From: an uncultured Bacteroidales bacterium
GTDB taxonomy: Bacteria > Bacteroidota > Bacteroidia > Bacteroidales > Bacteroidaceae
Reading direction: 5' to 3'
Assembly (NCBI GenBank): GCA_902772585.1
Contig: CACYBB010000018.1
Location: forward strand, 363 to 64,362
Length of the DNA stretch: 64,000 nt
A program made the translations under genes and the position numbers. Below are positions 49,426-59,889 of the stretch, one piece after another (position 1 is the first letter of the stretch; the number at the start of each line of letters is the position of its first letter). Below the pieces are notes generated by a model that ran no database searches, was not told where the DNA came from, and worked only from the letters and a program-made list of their open reading frames with translations.

Positions 49426-51390
49426 TTATGCTACCTTCTTAATGGTAATAATGTTCTTGCAACTTTCTACCAGTTTTTCCATGAAGGCCTTCAGGTCTTG
49501 ATACTGTTGTGGAGTGAAGAATGTACGCTGAATATCTAACTTGTAAACGACAGACAACTGATTATTGTTCTGTCTGCTTATAATGCTAGCTGTAATGCCA
49601 TCGAACTTCAGTACTATGGGTTTCAACGTCTCCTCTATTTGCCAGCCATCGGGCAACGTCAGCACAACGTTAGTGGTCTCGCGTTGTTTGTATGGCAACT
49701 CAACGGGCAGGTTGCGAGTCTCTGCCGTGAAAGGGCATTTATTGAAGGGAGCTATAAGCAGAGGATTCAAGTAAATGATGTCGCCTGTTGACGAACACTG
49801 CATGGTGAACTTAATGGTTTCGCGCAGGTTGGTTGAGAAGTCCTGACGTCCCTGTAACTGATAGTCTGTAATCTCAATATTGTTTCTTTCCTGTATCTGG
49901 TGGATAAGTTCTGTGCTGTCCTTGGTCGTGCGCCATTTCTTGCGCAGAGAGGCCGCTGCCTCGCCAACCAAGGCATTTGATATGGTACCATTAATAGTGC
50001 CATCAGTATCTAACGTAGCTTGAATGAAGGTACGTTCTGTAGCTTGTGCTGCCTGTTGCAGATTGACCCATATGCCAGGTTTGCCTTTTCTGATGAGTCG
50101 GGCACGATCTACTGACAAGCGTGCAGGCAACACATTCAGATAGCCGTCTTCTGCCGAGCTGTCGAAATATACCATCGTCGAGTCGTTCAGTGTGATACCC
50201 ACGACAAATGTCGATAAATATTTCAGACTGGCATGACTCATAGGCAGGCGACCACGATCACGCAGTCGGAGCGCAATGGGATTCGCCTCGATGCCAGCAT
50301 CGTGTAGCATATTGATAAACAGGAAGTTGATATCAGCATTTGTACCTGTACCTTCTTTCAGTATCTTGCTGCCTGACTTGGCCCAGAAAGCATAGTCACC
50401 ATTCCATCTGACACGTTTATGCAATAGTTTCCAAGTGGCCTCAACACGCTCTCTGGTGTCGGCTATCTGTGGTATGCCGGCAGCTATCACTTCGTCTTTT
50501 AGCTGACTGCTGCGTTTGATGCGTCCGCCAAACTCGTCGTCCTTGGCTAATGTCTCATCAATATCTTCCCATTTCGACGTGTAGCTTTTGTGTACCGCAC
50601 CAGGAATGTAGATACCTTGCAGCTCGTGGGTCACCTTATTACCATAGTCCTCTGCACGCCACACATAGTCGTCATCTTTCAATGCTGGGAGGTTGCGACC
50701 AATGAAAATCTGCTCTTGAGTGACAAGAATTTCGTCACCAATGGTCAGCGAACCGCTATCCTCTTTCTTTTCCAGATGGTTCATACCCGTCTCCTCAATA
50801 TGGAAACTAAACCATTCTGGTATTGATAACGAGTACTTGGTATAGAGCACGGGAATATCCTTCTGGGCATACCAGTCGCGCAACTCATAGAAGAAGTCAC
50901 TCTCCAAACGATATTCGTATTCAATGACCGTACCCACACGAACCTGTGGAACGCTGAACTTCAGCAGTTTGTCGGTTTTGTCAAGCTGTTCCTCATGAAT
51001 CATCGAACTCTCCATCTTCGTCTTAACAACCTTGCCATCCTCCAGATTATAAGCAACGGCCTTAAGTCCTCTCACATACTCATGAAGCAGACTGTTCGTT
51101 TCACTTCCCCTAGTAACGATGTTGACATCAGCCACGCGCTTACCTTCGGCTTTCAGTACTTTCAGACGACACTTCACAACGTTATTGACACGGAAGTCGC
51201 CATTGATGAATTCATAGTACACATTCACATGGCGGAACAATTCTATGGCATCGGCATCCTTGTCGGCAGCATATTCGGTCATGGTTAGTTCTTCCTGAGT
51301 AGGTTTCCCCCATTTCAAATTCGGTTCGATGCTCTCTGCTGAGGCTGTCAGTGACAACAGCAGAGTGCATAACAGAGCAGTGATTTTCAT
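49426..51390 (-). CDS. DUF3857 plus transglutaminase-like protein lacking the catalytic Cys (start 51390 or 51405)
   Basis: PQVRVGTVIEYEY motif; GTNADIN in place of GDC. Confidence 0.8.
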   Translation of the reverse strand: MKITALLCTLLLSLTASAESIEPNLKWGKPTQEELTMTEYAADKDADAIELFRHVNVYYEFINGDFRVNNVVKCRLKVLKAEGKRVADVNIVTRGSETNSLLHEYVRGLKAVAYNLEDGKVVKTKMESSMIHEEQLDKTDKLLKFSVPQVRVGTVIEYEYRLESDFFYELRDWYAQKDIPVLYTKYSLSIPEWFSFHIEETGMNHLEKKEDSGSLTIGDEILVTQEQIFIGRNLPALKDDDYVWRAEDYGNKVTHELQGIYIPGAVHKSYTSKWEDIDETLAKDDEFGGRIKRSSQLKDEVIAAGIPQIADTRERVEATWKLLHKRVRWNGDYAFWAKSGSKILKEGTGTNADINFLFINMLHDAGIEANPIALRLRDRGRLPMSHASLKYLSTFVVGITLNDSTMVYFDSSAEDGYLNVLPARLSVDRARLIRKGKPGIWVNLQQAAQATERTFIQATLDTDGTINGTISNALVGEAAASLRKKWRTTKDSTELIHQIQERNNIEITDYQLQGRQDFSTNLRETIKFTMQCSSTGDIIYLNPLLIAPFNKCPFTAETRNLPVELPYKQRETTNVVLTLPDGWQIEETLKPIVLKFDGITASIISRQNNNQLSVVYKLDIQRTFFTPQQYQDLKAFMEKLVESCKNIITIKKVA

Positions 51391-51488
51391 ACGTTTTTTA
51401 TACATTTTTGTTTTCGACTTGCAAAGGTAGTCATTTCTTTTGAGTAGTACAAATATTTTGAGCAAACATTTTGGGGGACATTGTCTCA

Positions 51489-51700
51489 AGTCCGAAGCAA
51501 CCAAACTGCCAGCCCGGTTGCTTCGGACTATCAGTTAGGAGCATCCGAACTATTCTCGCAAGGCACGAGAACTATTCTCGCAAGGCACGAGAAGTATTCT
51601 CGTCGGTCTCGAGAAGTAAGCGCGTGAGGTACGAGCAATAAGCGCGAGACCAATGAGTGATAAGCAAGCGGGCGACGAGCGATATTGAGCTGCTAACGAC
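51489..51700. repeat. 22-nt-period palindromic array with unit-to-unit drift (about 9 units)
   Basis: AGTCCGAAGCAACC.. followed by TTCTCG-N7-CGAGAA-N3 units. Confidence 0.85.
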
Positions 51701-51714
51701 AGAAATCGTGAAAG

Positions 51715-51888
51715 GGTTCCACATTCCACCCAAGAGGCCTCAAACGCCGATAAATAAAGGGATTCAGGGAGGTGGAACCTTTCCAGAGGTTCCACCCAGG
51801 TCCCACCTTGGTTCCTTCGTGAAGGTTCCACCCATCGCAAACGGCCTGTAGATAGGCATTTGAGGGCATAAGGGTGGAATGTGAAACC
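51715..51888. mobile_element. MITE-like cruciform element (GGTGGAACC motifs)
   Basis: GGTTCCACATTCCACCC / GGGTGGAATGTGAAACC termini; same layout as 47120-47383. Confidence 0.55.
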
Positions 51889-51909
51889 TATTACGAATTT
51901 TGTCTTTTT

Positions 51910-52040
51910 AGTAACAAGGCTTCTCGCTAACAGTAACTAGACTTATCTCTGATAGCAACTAGGCATATCTCTCATCGAGAAACGACGAGTTACTGTTCGC
52001 GAAACGACGTTTCTCTCATCGAGATACGACGAGCACTCGC
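51910..52040. repeat. 22-nt-period array
   Basis: AG(T/C)AAC at 51910, 51932, 51954; G.GA.ACGACG at 51977, 51999, 52021. Confidence 0.8.
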
Positions 52041-52193
52041 CTGACAGGTTGTGCCAGATTGGAAAATATTATTCATGGTGAATGATTTTACGAAAAAGTT
52101 ATGGCGTTTTCAAATAAAGTTTGTATCTTTGCAAAATAGAAGTATCTAAACTGTGTGTTTGTGCAAACAAAATAATACTAAAACTATAAGAAT

Positions 52194-53792
52194 ATGAATA
52201 AAAGACTTCATTGGCTTTATGCCATTATCGCCGTAGGCGGACTTGTGTTAACCTCGTGTAGTAAAGACGATCCGGTATCTGATGGACAATCGGGACAGCC
52301 TGGCCAGAACGTTCAGACGGCTAAGGATATCCTTGCCAAGTGTGATCGCGTGACAATCATCAAGGACACGATAGACACGGATGGGAAAAGTGCCTTATAT
52401 TTCTATTTTACCCAACCCTTGGATCACAAGAATCCTGCTGCGGGTAATTTCAAGCAGTACTGCGTACTCCACTATGAACACCCGGACAGCATCACTGTGC
52501 TTCATACGCAGGGCTACTCCATTACAGAGCGTAAATACTTCCGCCAGATTGACCTGTCAAGGATATTCGGGGGCAACTACCTGGAGGTAGAGCACCGTTA
52601 CTACAAGCGTTCGGAGATAGGCAACTCCCAGGAGGACTATAAACAAACCAGCTATTGGGATTATAATACGGCAGCACAGTCTACTGCCGACCTGCATGAC
52701 ATTGTGACGACGCTGAAAGCTACCAAGGCTTTTAACGGTAAGTGGGTGAGCAGTGGTGTCAGCAAGAACGGTATATTGACGGCACTCTATGCCTACTACT
52801 ATCCCAACGAGGTTGATGTCTATGTACCCTTCTGTGCCCCCTTCTGTACGGAACTGGAATCTCCAGGCATAGGCCGCTATGTCAGCCAACAGTGTGCTAA
52901 AGGAACAGAGGCTCAGGAACAGAGCTGGAAGGCCCTGGAGGCTTATCTTGATAATCCGGAGATGCAGGAAGAGGTGGCAAGTTTGTATAAAGAAGAGTTT
53001 GCTGACAACCAGAGAGTACAGAAATATACCACGAAGACGATTACCCGTTTGATGACCCGTCGCTTTATGAGGAGTATGTTCCAGAAGTTTGCCTACCATC
53101 CCGTTGAAGAATGGTCTGACGTCATCCCCGCTTCGAAGAGTTCTGCTAAGAAATACTACCTGTTTGCCTCGTTGGGCAAGAAGAACTTCAATAAGAATCT
53201 GAAGGCACTGCGCGAGCTGTATGAGATAGAGAAGGACGAGGAATACTATGACTACGAGGACGACACCTACGACGAGTATGAAGACAATGACGGCGAGGAA
53301 GACTACTGGGACGATGAGGATCCAGCAGAGGATGCGCCTGCAAAAGTGGTGTCAGACAAGGTGCTGGATATGATTTATCGTATTCATGCTGCCAAGGAGT
53401 TGGGCTATTTCCTGGACGACTGGCAGTGGCTGTTGGACAAGGAACTCATCACGGAGAAAGATGTGAAAGTATTCAATGGTTGGCAGAGTATAACATATTA
53501 CATAAAGCAATTCGGCGTGACGTATGATGGTGGTACCCTGATGAACAACTTCCTGAGTTTTGTCAAGAACAACCGCAACGACAAGAAGTGCCGCATGCTC
53601 TTCATCTATGGCTCCAACGATCCCTGGACGGGTGCCGCTATTCCAGACCCTGCTGCTGACGACCCCTACGTCAAGAAGTATGTCGTGCGCAATGGTGTAC
53701 ACAGTGGTCACCTCACCTATGACTCACATTACACCTCCAGCGACAAGAACTATATCATCAGCACCGTCAGGACGATGATGAAGAGCAACTAA
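52194..53792 (+). CDS. Lipoprotein serine peptidase, S28/S37 (PS-10) family
   Basis: Lipobox LTSC; FTQPLDH, EHRYY, GVSKNG and YGSNDPW motifs. Confidence 0.85.
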   Translation: MNKRLHWLYAIIAVGGLVLTSCSKDDPVSDGQSGQPGQNVQTAKDILAKCDRVTIIKDTIDTDGKSALYFYFTQPLDHKNPAAGNFKQYCVLHYEHPDSITVLHTQGYSITERKYFRQIDLSRIFGGNYLEVEHRYYKRSEIGNSQEDYKQTSYWDYNTAAQSTADLHDIVTTLKATKAFNGKWVSSGVSKNGILTALYAYYYPNEVDVYVPFCAPFCTELESPGIGRYVSQQCAKGTEAQEQSWKALEAYLDNPEMQEEVASLYKEEFADNQRVQKYTTKTITRLMTRRFMRSMFQKFAYHPVEEWSDVIPASKSSAKKYYLFASLGKKNFNKNLKALRELYEIEKDEEYYDYEDDTYDEYEDNDGEEDYWDDEDPAEDAPAKVVSDKVLDMIYRIHAAKELGYFLDDWQWLLDKELITEKDVKVFNGWQSITYYIKQFGVTYDGGTLMNNFLSFVKNNRNDKKCRMLFIYGSNDPWTGAAIPDPAADDPYVKKYVVRNGVHSGHLTYDSHYTSSDKNYIISTVRTMMKSN

Positions 53793-53817
53793 TACTATAA
53801 CCAGAACGATTGCTGAT

Positions 53818-56634
53818 ATGAAGAAATACCTGTTATCCATAGCAATGGCTGTGCTGGTCTTATGCACCATGCATGCAGCAAGTGTAGATCGCCAGCAAGC
53901 TGCCCAGCAGGCTCGCGACTTTATGTCGAAGAACTTCAGCCCGTCCTCATACGCCCGACGAGCTGCACAGACCATTCCACTCAACAGTGTGGAGACTGGT
54001 CAGTCGTTGGTCTATGCCTTCAACGTCGAGGGTGGAGGCTTTGTGGTGGTGGCAGGTGACGACTGTGCACCAGCCATTCTCGGTTATAGCGAGGCTGCAA
54101 CGATTGATCCTACTGATATGCCCGATGGCATGAAGGCTCTCTTTGCCCAATACCAGCAGGAAATGCAATTGATGAAGAACAGCGGACAGCGTGCGGCTGC
54201 CATTGATAATCTTGGAGAAGCGATTCCCTCCCTGATGGAATGCAAATGGGGACAGAGGGCACCTTATTATTATATGTGTCCGCGCTATGCACCGAAGAAG
54301 AACAAGCGTCTGGCCTATTCCCTGACAGGATGTGTGGCAACAGCGATGGCTCAGATTATGTATTACCACAAGTATCCGTCAGCAGTCACGGAGTTGCCTG
54401 GCAGTTATTACAACAAGAGCAGAAAGCGCATGGTGCAACCCATTGATGTCAGTAAGACGCTGGAATGGGACAAGATGCTTCCGACCTATGGTGACCGTGA
54501 TGACCCACAGGGAACGCAGGAACAACAAGATGCTGTTGCCAAGCTGTTGCGACTGGTAGGACAGAGTGTCTGTATGAAATATACGCCCACCTTGTCACTT
54601 TCCAACGAGAGTGGTGTCTTGACCAGTCTTGTCAACATCTTCAACTATGATGCCTCTACTATCAAGGCTCTTCGACGTGTCAACTACTCATACAATGAAT
54701 GGATACGGATGATCTATCAGGAACTGGCCAACAAGCGCCCTGTGTATTACTCAGGAGGTTCCAACGCTGGTGGTCATGCCTTTGTCGTTGATGGCTATTC
54801 CCACGAAGACTTCTTCTATATCAACTGGGGATGGTATGATAAGCAAAGCAATGCTTTCCGCCTGTCGCTGTGCAACCCCAGCAAGAAATATGAGGGTGGG
54901 GGCAGCGGCGATTCCGGCTATTTTGCCCGTCAGGCTGCTATCATTGGCATACAGCCTGCCACAACGCCCCAACACATGGAGCCAGTGCTGAACACCTACA
55001 ATAAGCTGAATGGTAAATACAGCTATCAGCGCACTTCTGACAATGAGGACTTTGACATCACAGGTGCCATCAATCAGTATGTGGGGAACGATTCGCACTT
55101 CAACAGCAATTTCGACTACGGAGCCATCGTCAAGGATGCTACAGGAAAGACGGTGCAAAGTCTGTTGCCGCTGAACGACAATCTGAAAGGTCTGTACTTG
55201 AAAGCTGGCCGAAGTGTTTACTATAGTTCTGAAGCCATCCATATCAGCGGCTCACTGGGCAACGGCACCTATACCCTGCAGTTCCTCCATCGCGTTAGTG
55301 AAACGGGAACATGGAAACCCTTTGTTCCTACGTATAACATCATGTTCAAGATAGACGGGAATACACTGTCCTTCGACTGTTGTCCCGACTGGCTGACAGC
55401 AAAGATGGAGGTGGCAAAACAGCCCTCTGACGACGAAGAATCTCCTCTGTATAAGGTGACGGTGACATTGGAGAATAAGAGTACTGACAAGTCGTTCCAA
55501 CGCAGTATTAAGTTGTTGGCTGAAGACGAAAGTAAGAAGATAGAGAGCTATGGTTTTGCTGCCATGTTGGGACCAGGCGAGAAACAGACATGCACGCTTG
55601 ACTATGCCCCTAAAGGCTATATCCCTTCCAAACTGTACCTCTATTCTGTCGAGGACTGTGCAACGCTGGGCAATGGTGTCTCCATGGGCACCGACTACCA
55701 GATGGACGGCGTCACCTTCGGAGGCAATTGTAACCTTGACAGTGACCTGAAGCTGAAGGCCGACAAGTCGTATGTGCTGAAAGCCGACAACAGCTATGAG
55801 ATATGCTATACGCTCAAGAATACTGGCACGAAAGACTTCAAGGGGTATGTTGAGTTGGTAGACTCTGTGGGCACTGAAGACAGCAACTATGACTTTGACG
55901 AAGACCTTACTGAGGGTGCCAATATTACGCTGAAAGCTGGTGAGAGCAAGGTGTTGAAGATGGTTGTCGAGGATGACGGAGACGACTCGGTATTGCATAA
56001 AATTAGCCTTGTGCGCTATGATGCCGATGACCAGCCTGTCGCTATCTATGAGTCTAAACCCTTCTTCTTTGAACCCCTATTCAACTTGTCATTCAGCAAT
56101 GTCAGCGTCACACCAACAGAGGATATTGACAATGAACTGGCTGACTTTATGATCAAGGGCAATCCCATGACCATCAGCGGCAAGATTGTCAATCCGGAGG
56201 AGACTGCTTTCGTAGGTTCTTTGAAACTCTACCGCTATATCATAGATTATAGCCAAGATCCTGAACTGGACGAAGAGGGTAACGACATCATCAATCCTGA
56301 CCAGGTCTATACCAAGGAAGTCACCATCCCTGCCAAGGGCAGCATCGACTTTACGCAGCAGTTTGACTTGCAGAATCTGGTGAAGGACAAGAAGTATAGT
56401 GTCGTAGTTGAATTTAAACTCAACGCTCTTCGCCAGTCGTCTGAAGAAGTGAACATGTACTACTCTTCAGCCTATATGCTCAACAATGGTACATCTACAG
56501 GCATTGAAATCGTTGAGGCTGTGAAGTCGAAAGGTGATAGCTCAACGTATTACGACCTGCAGGGTCGTCGCATCAGTGGTCGCCCCACTCGTGGTATTTA
56601 CATCAAAGGAAACAGTAAAATACTGATGAAGTAA
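53818..56634 (+). CDS. C10 cysteine peptidase (streptopain/interpain-like) with prodomain and T9SS-type tail
   Basis: WGQRAPY, TGCVATAMAQIM, GGHAFVVDGY and INWGW motifs. Confidence 0.93.
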   Translation: MKKYLLSIAMAVLVLCTMHAASVDRQQAAQQARDFMSKNFSPSSYARRAAQTIPLNSVETGQSLVYAFNVEGGGFVVVAGDDCAPAILGYSEAATIDPTDMPDGMKALFAQYQQEMQLMKNSGQRAAAIDNLGEAIPSLMECKWGQRAPYYYMCPRYAPKKNKRLAYSLTGCVATAMAQIMYYHKYPSAVTELPGSYYNKSRKRMVQPIDVSKTLEWDKMLPTYGDRDDPQGTQEQQDAVAKLLRLVGQSVCMKYTPTLSLSNESGVLTSLVNIFNYDASTIKALRRVNYSYNEWIRMIYQELANKRPVYYSGGSNAGGHAFVVDGYSHEDFFYINWGWYDKQSNAFRLSLCNPSKKYEGGGSGDSGYFARQAAIIGIQPATTPQHMEPVLNTYNKLNGKYSYQRTSDNEDFDITGAINQYVGNDSHFNSNFDYGAIVKDATGKTVQSLLPLNDNLKGLYLKAGRSVYYSSEAIHISGSLGNGTYTLQFLHRVSETGTWKPFVPTYNIMFKIDGNTLSFDCCPDWLTAKMEVAKQPSDDEESPLYKVTVTLENKSTDKSFQRSIKLLAEDESKKIESYGFAAMLGPGEKQTCTLDYAPKGYIPSKLYLYSVEDCATLGNGVSMGTDYQMDGVTFGGNCNLDSDLKLKADKSYVLKADNSYEICYTLKNTGTKDFKGYVELVDSVGTEDSNYDFDEDLTEGANITLKAGESKVLKMVVEDDGDDSVLHKISLVRYDADDQPVAIYESKPFFFEPLFNLSFSNVSVTPTEDIDNELADFMIKGNPMTISGKIVNPEETAFVGSLKLYRYIIDYSQDPELDEEGNDIINPDQVYTKEVTIPAKGSIDFTQQFDLQNLVKDKKYSVVVEFKLNALRQSSEEVNMYYSSAYMLNNGTSTGIEIVEAVKSKGDSSTYYDLQGRRISGRPTRGIYIKGNSKILMK

Positions 56635-56667
56635 ACATCGGTTGGGAATAATAAAAATTTTTGCCCT

Positions 56668-58731
56668 ATGAAACAGTTGAAATATTGGATATTAACCGCT
56701 CTGCTTCTGTTGGCTGTTACAGACCTGACAGCTCAGTCGTTTAAACTCTCCGCAGGTTTGCGTGAGATGCTGACAGAAGATGCTACCGTGCTACGTCGTG
56801 TGGCTGACAGCCAGTCGCGCATCAGCCTCATTATGAAGGTTAAAGAAGCTCAGCAGATGGCCCAGGTGTGTGCCGACTATGGTATGGAGATGGTGACAGA
56901 CTTGGGACACATTGCCGTAGTGGCTGTCCCTGTTGATCAGATAGAAAAAGCAGCCAGCGACCCCCGTGTGGTACGCATGGAGAAGGAGGGTGGTTTCCAC
57001 TATTGTATCGACAAAGCCCGCGAGACTGTTAATGTCAATCCGGTGACCAACGGACAGAGTCCTCTGTCACAAGCCTATACGGGCAGTGGTATTCTGGTGG
57101 GCGTGCTGGACTGCGGCTTCCAGTACAACCATCCCACCTTCATCGATGCCAATGGAAAGTCGCGCATCCTCAAGTCGTGGGACAAGGAGAAGACCGATGG
57201 TGAACCCAAAGATATCGTGCTGACTACCTCTGACGAGATTCTGGCACATGAGTGCAGTTATGGTTCTCGCTATGGCAAAGACCCCTCTAATCACGGCTCT
57301 CATGTGGCAGGCATTGCTGCAGGCTCTGGACGCTACAAAGGCATGGCTCCCGAGAGTGGTATCGTTCTTTCCGATTTTAATGTGCCGATGGTGAAGGAGG
57401 GTAGCTCTCAGCTCTATTCCGATGGTGTGCTGACAGGCATGAGTAACCTGTTCAGCTATGCTACGGAGGTGCAAAAGCCAATGGTCGTCAATGCTAGTCT
57501 CGGCAATAATATGGGTTTCTCTACTGAGACGAAACTGATGCAGGAAGCCTTTGCGCAACTGACAGGTCCTGGACGCATCATCGTGGCAGCACAAGGCAAC
57601 GAGGGTGACGAGAAGGAGGGTTGTTGCTACCTGAGCTCGGGCACCAATACACAAGGAGATGTCAACATGAAGTGTGGTGACCTGAAGATAAGTTCCGACA
57701 TTTATTGGCGCAGTGCCGCTTCACTGTCTGTCGTGTTCGATATCAAGAAAGGCAACGACACAAAGACTGTTACTATCAATAGCAGCGAACTGACGAATGA
57801 GGTCAAAGTCAGCGACCAGGGCGACTATGTCGTCAAGAGTTTGCGACTGGACGATGCTCCTGATGGCAAACAGGTATGGAAGGTTAGCTTTGTTCCTAAG
57901 AATGAAGGTGGCTTCGACCTGAATATCGTTGCTAAGGTGACGGGGTCGCAGCCTTTTGAGGCTTATACCAAGTTCTTGAATCTGATAAATGCTCCACAGG
58001 GTTTCACGCTCTCTACAGCCTACACCTGCTGTGTCCCTGCAGCATTCCCCAATGTCATTGCCGTAGGTAACTTTTGCAATCGCAATTTCCCCAACGATGT
58101 TCAGGATAAGGTGGGTGTGATGAACACATCCTCGTCGTGGGGACCTACATGGGATGGTCGCAACAAACCCGACGTCTCGGCACCAGGCAGCATCCTCTCT
58201 GCTGGTAACTGGTATTGCCCTGAGAATGAGGAAGAGAAGACAAAAGAGACCTATGACATTCCTGGCAAAGAATATAAAGAAACGTGGGTAGGACAGAATG
58301 GCTCATCACAGGCCTCGCCTACTGTGGCTGGCATCGTAGCCCTATGGCTTCAAGCCAAGCCAGACCTTACACCTGACGACGTGCTGGGCATTATCCGTGA
58401 GACGTCAAAGGCCATAGAGACCATTCCCAATAACCATTCGGGAGCAGGCATCATCAATGCCTATGCAGGACTTTGCAAGATCCTGGGCTTGCCCACTGCT
58501 ATCCCCGCGCTGAGCAAGAATCAGCCAGAGGGTGTCACGTTCCGCCTTGCTGGTGACGTGCTCTATGCCGATGGTGCAGAGGATGGTTGCCCTGTCACCG
58601 TATATAGTCTCTCAGGTGCTGTGCTCCAGAAGACTACAGTGCAACAGGGCAGTATCAGTCTGCATGGTTTCCAGAAAGGTGTCTATGCCATCCAGTTAGG
58701 CACTCAAGGCTCGACGCTGGTACGCAAATAA
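56668..58731 (+). CDS. S8 subtilisin-like peptidase with T9SS-type tail
   Basis: GVLDCG, HGSHVAGIAAG, KPDVSAPG and GSSQASP motifs. Confidence 0.92.
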   Translation: MKQLKYWILTALLLLAVTDLTAQSFKLSAGLREMLTEDATVLRRVADSQSRISLIMKVKEAQQMAQVCADYGMEMVTDLGHIAVVAVPVDQIEKAASDPRVVRMEKEGGFHYCIDKARETVNVNPVTNGQSPLSQAYTGSGILVGVLDCGFQYNHPTFIDANGKSRILKSWDKEKTDGEPKDIVLTTSDEILAHECSYGSRYGKDPSNHGSHVAGIAAGSGRYKGMAPESGIVLSDFNVPMVKEGSSQLYSDGVLTGMSNLFSYATEVQKPMVVNASLGNNMGFSTETKLMQEAFAQLTGPGRIIVAAQGNEGDEKEGCCYLSSGTNTQGDVNMKCGDLKISSDIYWRSAASLSVVFDIKKGNDTKTVTINSSELTNEVKVSDQGDYVVKSLRLDDAPDGKQVWKVSFVPKNEGGFDLNIVAKVTGSQPFEAYTKFLNLINAPQGFTLSTAYTCCVPAAFPNVIAVGNFCNRNFPNDVQDKVGVMNTSSSWGPTWDGRNKPDVSAPGSILSAGNWYCPENEEEKTKETYDIPGKEYKETWVGQNGSSQASPTVAGIVALWLQAKPDLTPDDVLGIIRETSKAIETIPNNHSGAGIINAYAGLCKILGLPTAIPALSKNQPEGVTFRLAGDVLYADGAEDGCPVTVYSLSGAVLQKTTVQQGSISLHGFQKGVYAIQLGTQGSTLVRK

Positions 58732-58736
58732 GATAG

Positions 58737-59492
58737 TTATTTCCTGACTATCACACTGCCGCTGGCTTGGTGTGTGGCCAGTATCAGCACCTCTGCAATC
58801 TGCACATGTGCTGGTGCATTGGCAGCATAGACAGCGACGTCAGCAATGTCGTCGCCTGTCAGGGGCTTGATGCCAGTATATAGTTTCTTGGCACGATCGC
58901 TGTCGCCATGGAAACGGATGTTGCTGAAGTTCGTCTCCACCAGTCCAGGTTTTAGGTTGGTCACACGGATGGCAGTATCTGCCACGTCGATGCGCAGACC
59001 ATCTGTCAACGCTTTTACGGCAGCCTTCGTGGCACAATAGACGTTGCCACCAGCATAGGCGGCATCGCCAGCCACTGAACCAATGTTGATGATTTGTCCG
59101 CGATTGCGCTCTACCATGCCAGGAACGACAAGACGAGTCATCGTCAGCAGTCCCTTGATGTTTGTGTCAATCATGGTCTCCCAATCATCCAAATCGCCTT
59201 GGTACTCAGGCTCCAGACCCAGTGCCAGACCAGCATTGTTTACCAGCACATCAATCTCTCGCCACTCTTCTGGCAGTTCGTCAATAGCCTGCTTTGCCTT
59301 CTCGCGATCTCTCACATCGAATGCCAGCGTCAGCACTTTCGTGCCCTTCGCCTCCAGTTCCTCACGAATCTCCGACAGTCGCTGCTCGTTTCTGCCTGTT
59401 AGTATCACCTTGTCGCCGTTTTCAGCGAACTTCCTGGCGCAACCCAAGCCTATTCCGCTTGTTGCCCCTGTTATCAATACGATTTTGTTCAT
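58737..59492 (-). CDS. Short-chain dehydrogenase (YdfG-like)
   Basis: TGATSGIG, NNAG and YCATK motifs. Confidence 0.92.
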   Translation of the reverse strand: MNKIVLITGATSGIGLGCARKFAENGDKVILTGRNEQRLSEIREELEAKGTKVLTLAFDVRDREKAKQAIDELPEEWREIDVLVNNAGLALGLEPEYQGDLDDWETMIDTNIKGLLTMTRLVVPGMVERNRGQIINIGSVAGDAAYAGGNVYCATKAAVKALTDGLRIDVADTAIRVTNLKPGLVETNFSNIRFHGDSDRAKKLYTGIKPLTGDDIADVAVYAANAPAHVQIAEVLILATHQASGSVIVRK

Positions 59493-59547
59493 AATCAGTT
59501 CTTTTTCTTTTGTTTTCTAGAATATTATTGCTATCTTTGCGCTCTCT

Positions 59548-59889
59548 ATGAGAAAGATGAAACGGATATACTTGGTGAAGAAATTGCCTCTGGGCAAGAA
59601 CTATTATGCCATCTGTTTGTTTGGCTTTGTTCTTTCCGTTCGTCCATTAAGCGCTACGGAACTGAACCATGAACTGATTCATGCTGCCCAACAGAAGGAA
59701 CTTCTGTATATCCCATTCTTCCTTTGGTACGGCATAGAGTGGCTCTTCTTGTTTCTCAAGTATAGGAACTGGGAAAAAGCCTATTTCCACATCCGCTTTG
59801 AACAAGAGGCCTACCATCATCAAGCCGACCTAGACTATCTGAAGCACAGAAAACATTTCCGTTATCACTCGTCGATGACTTCAAGATAG
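59548..59889 (+). CDS. Small hypothetical protein with HExxH motif
   Basis: LNHELIH..Q..E and FEQEAY motifs. Confidence 0.7.
   Translation: MRKMKRIYLVKKLPLGKNYYAICLFGFVLSVRPLSATELNHELIHAAQQKELLYIPFFLWYGIEWLFLFLKYRNWEKAYFHIRFEQEAYHHQADLDYLKHRKHFRYHSSMTSR

Noticed and set aside
51489-51700. Possible CRISPR or TIGR-like guide array
   Set aside because: Period is only 22 nt, there is no invariant repeat with unique spacers, and no cas or Nop-domain gene is nearby.
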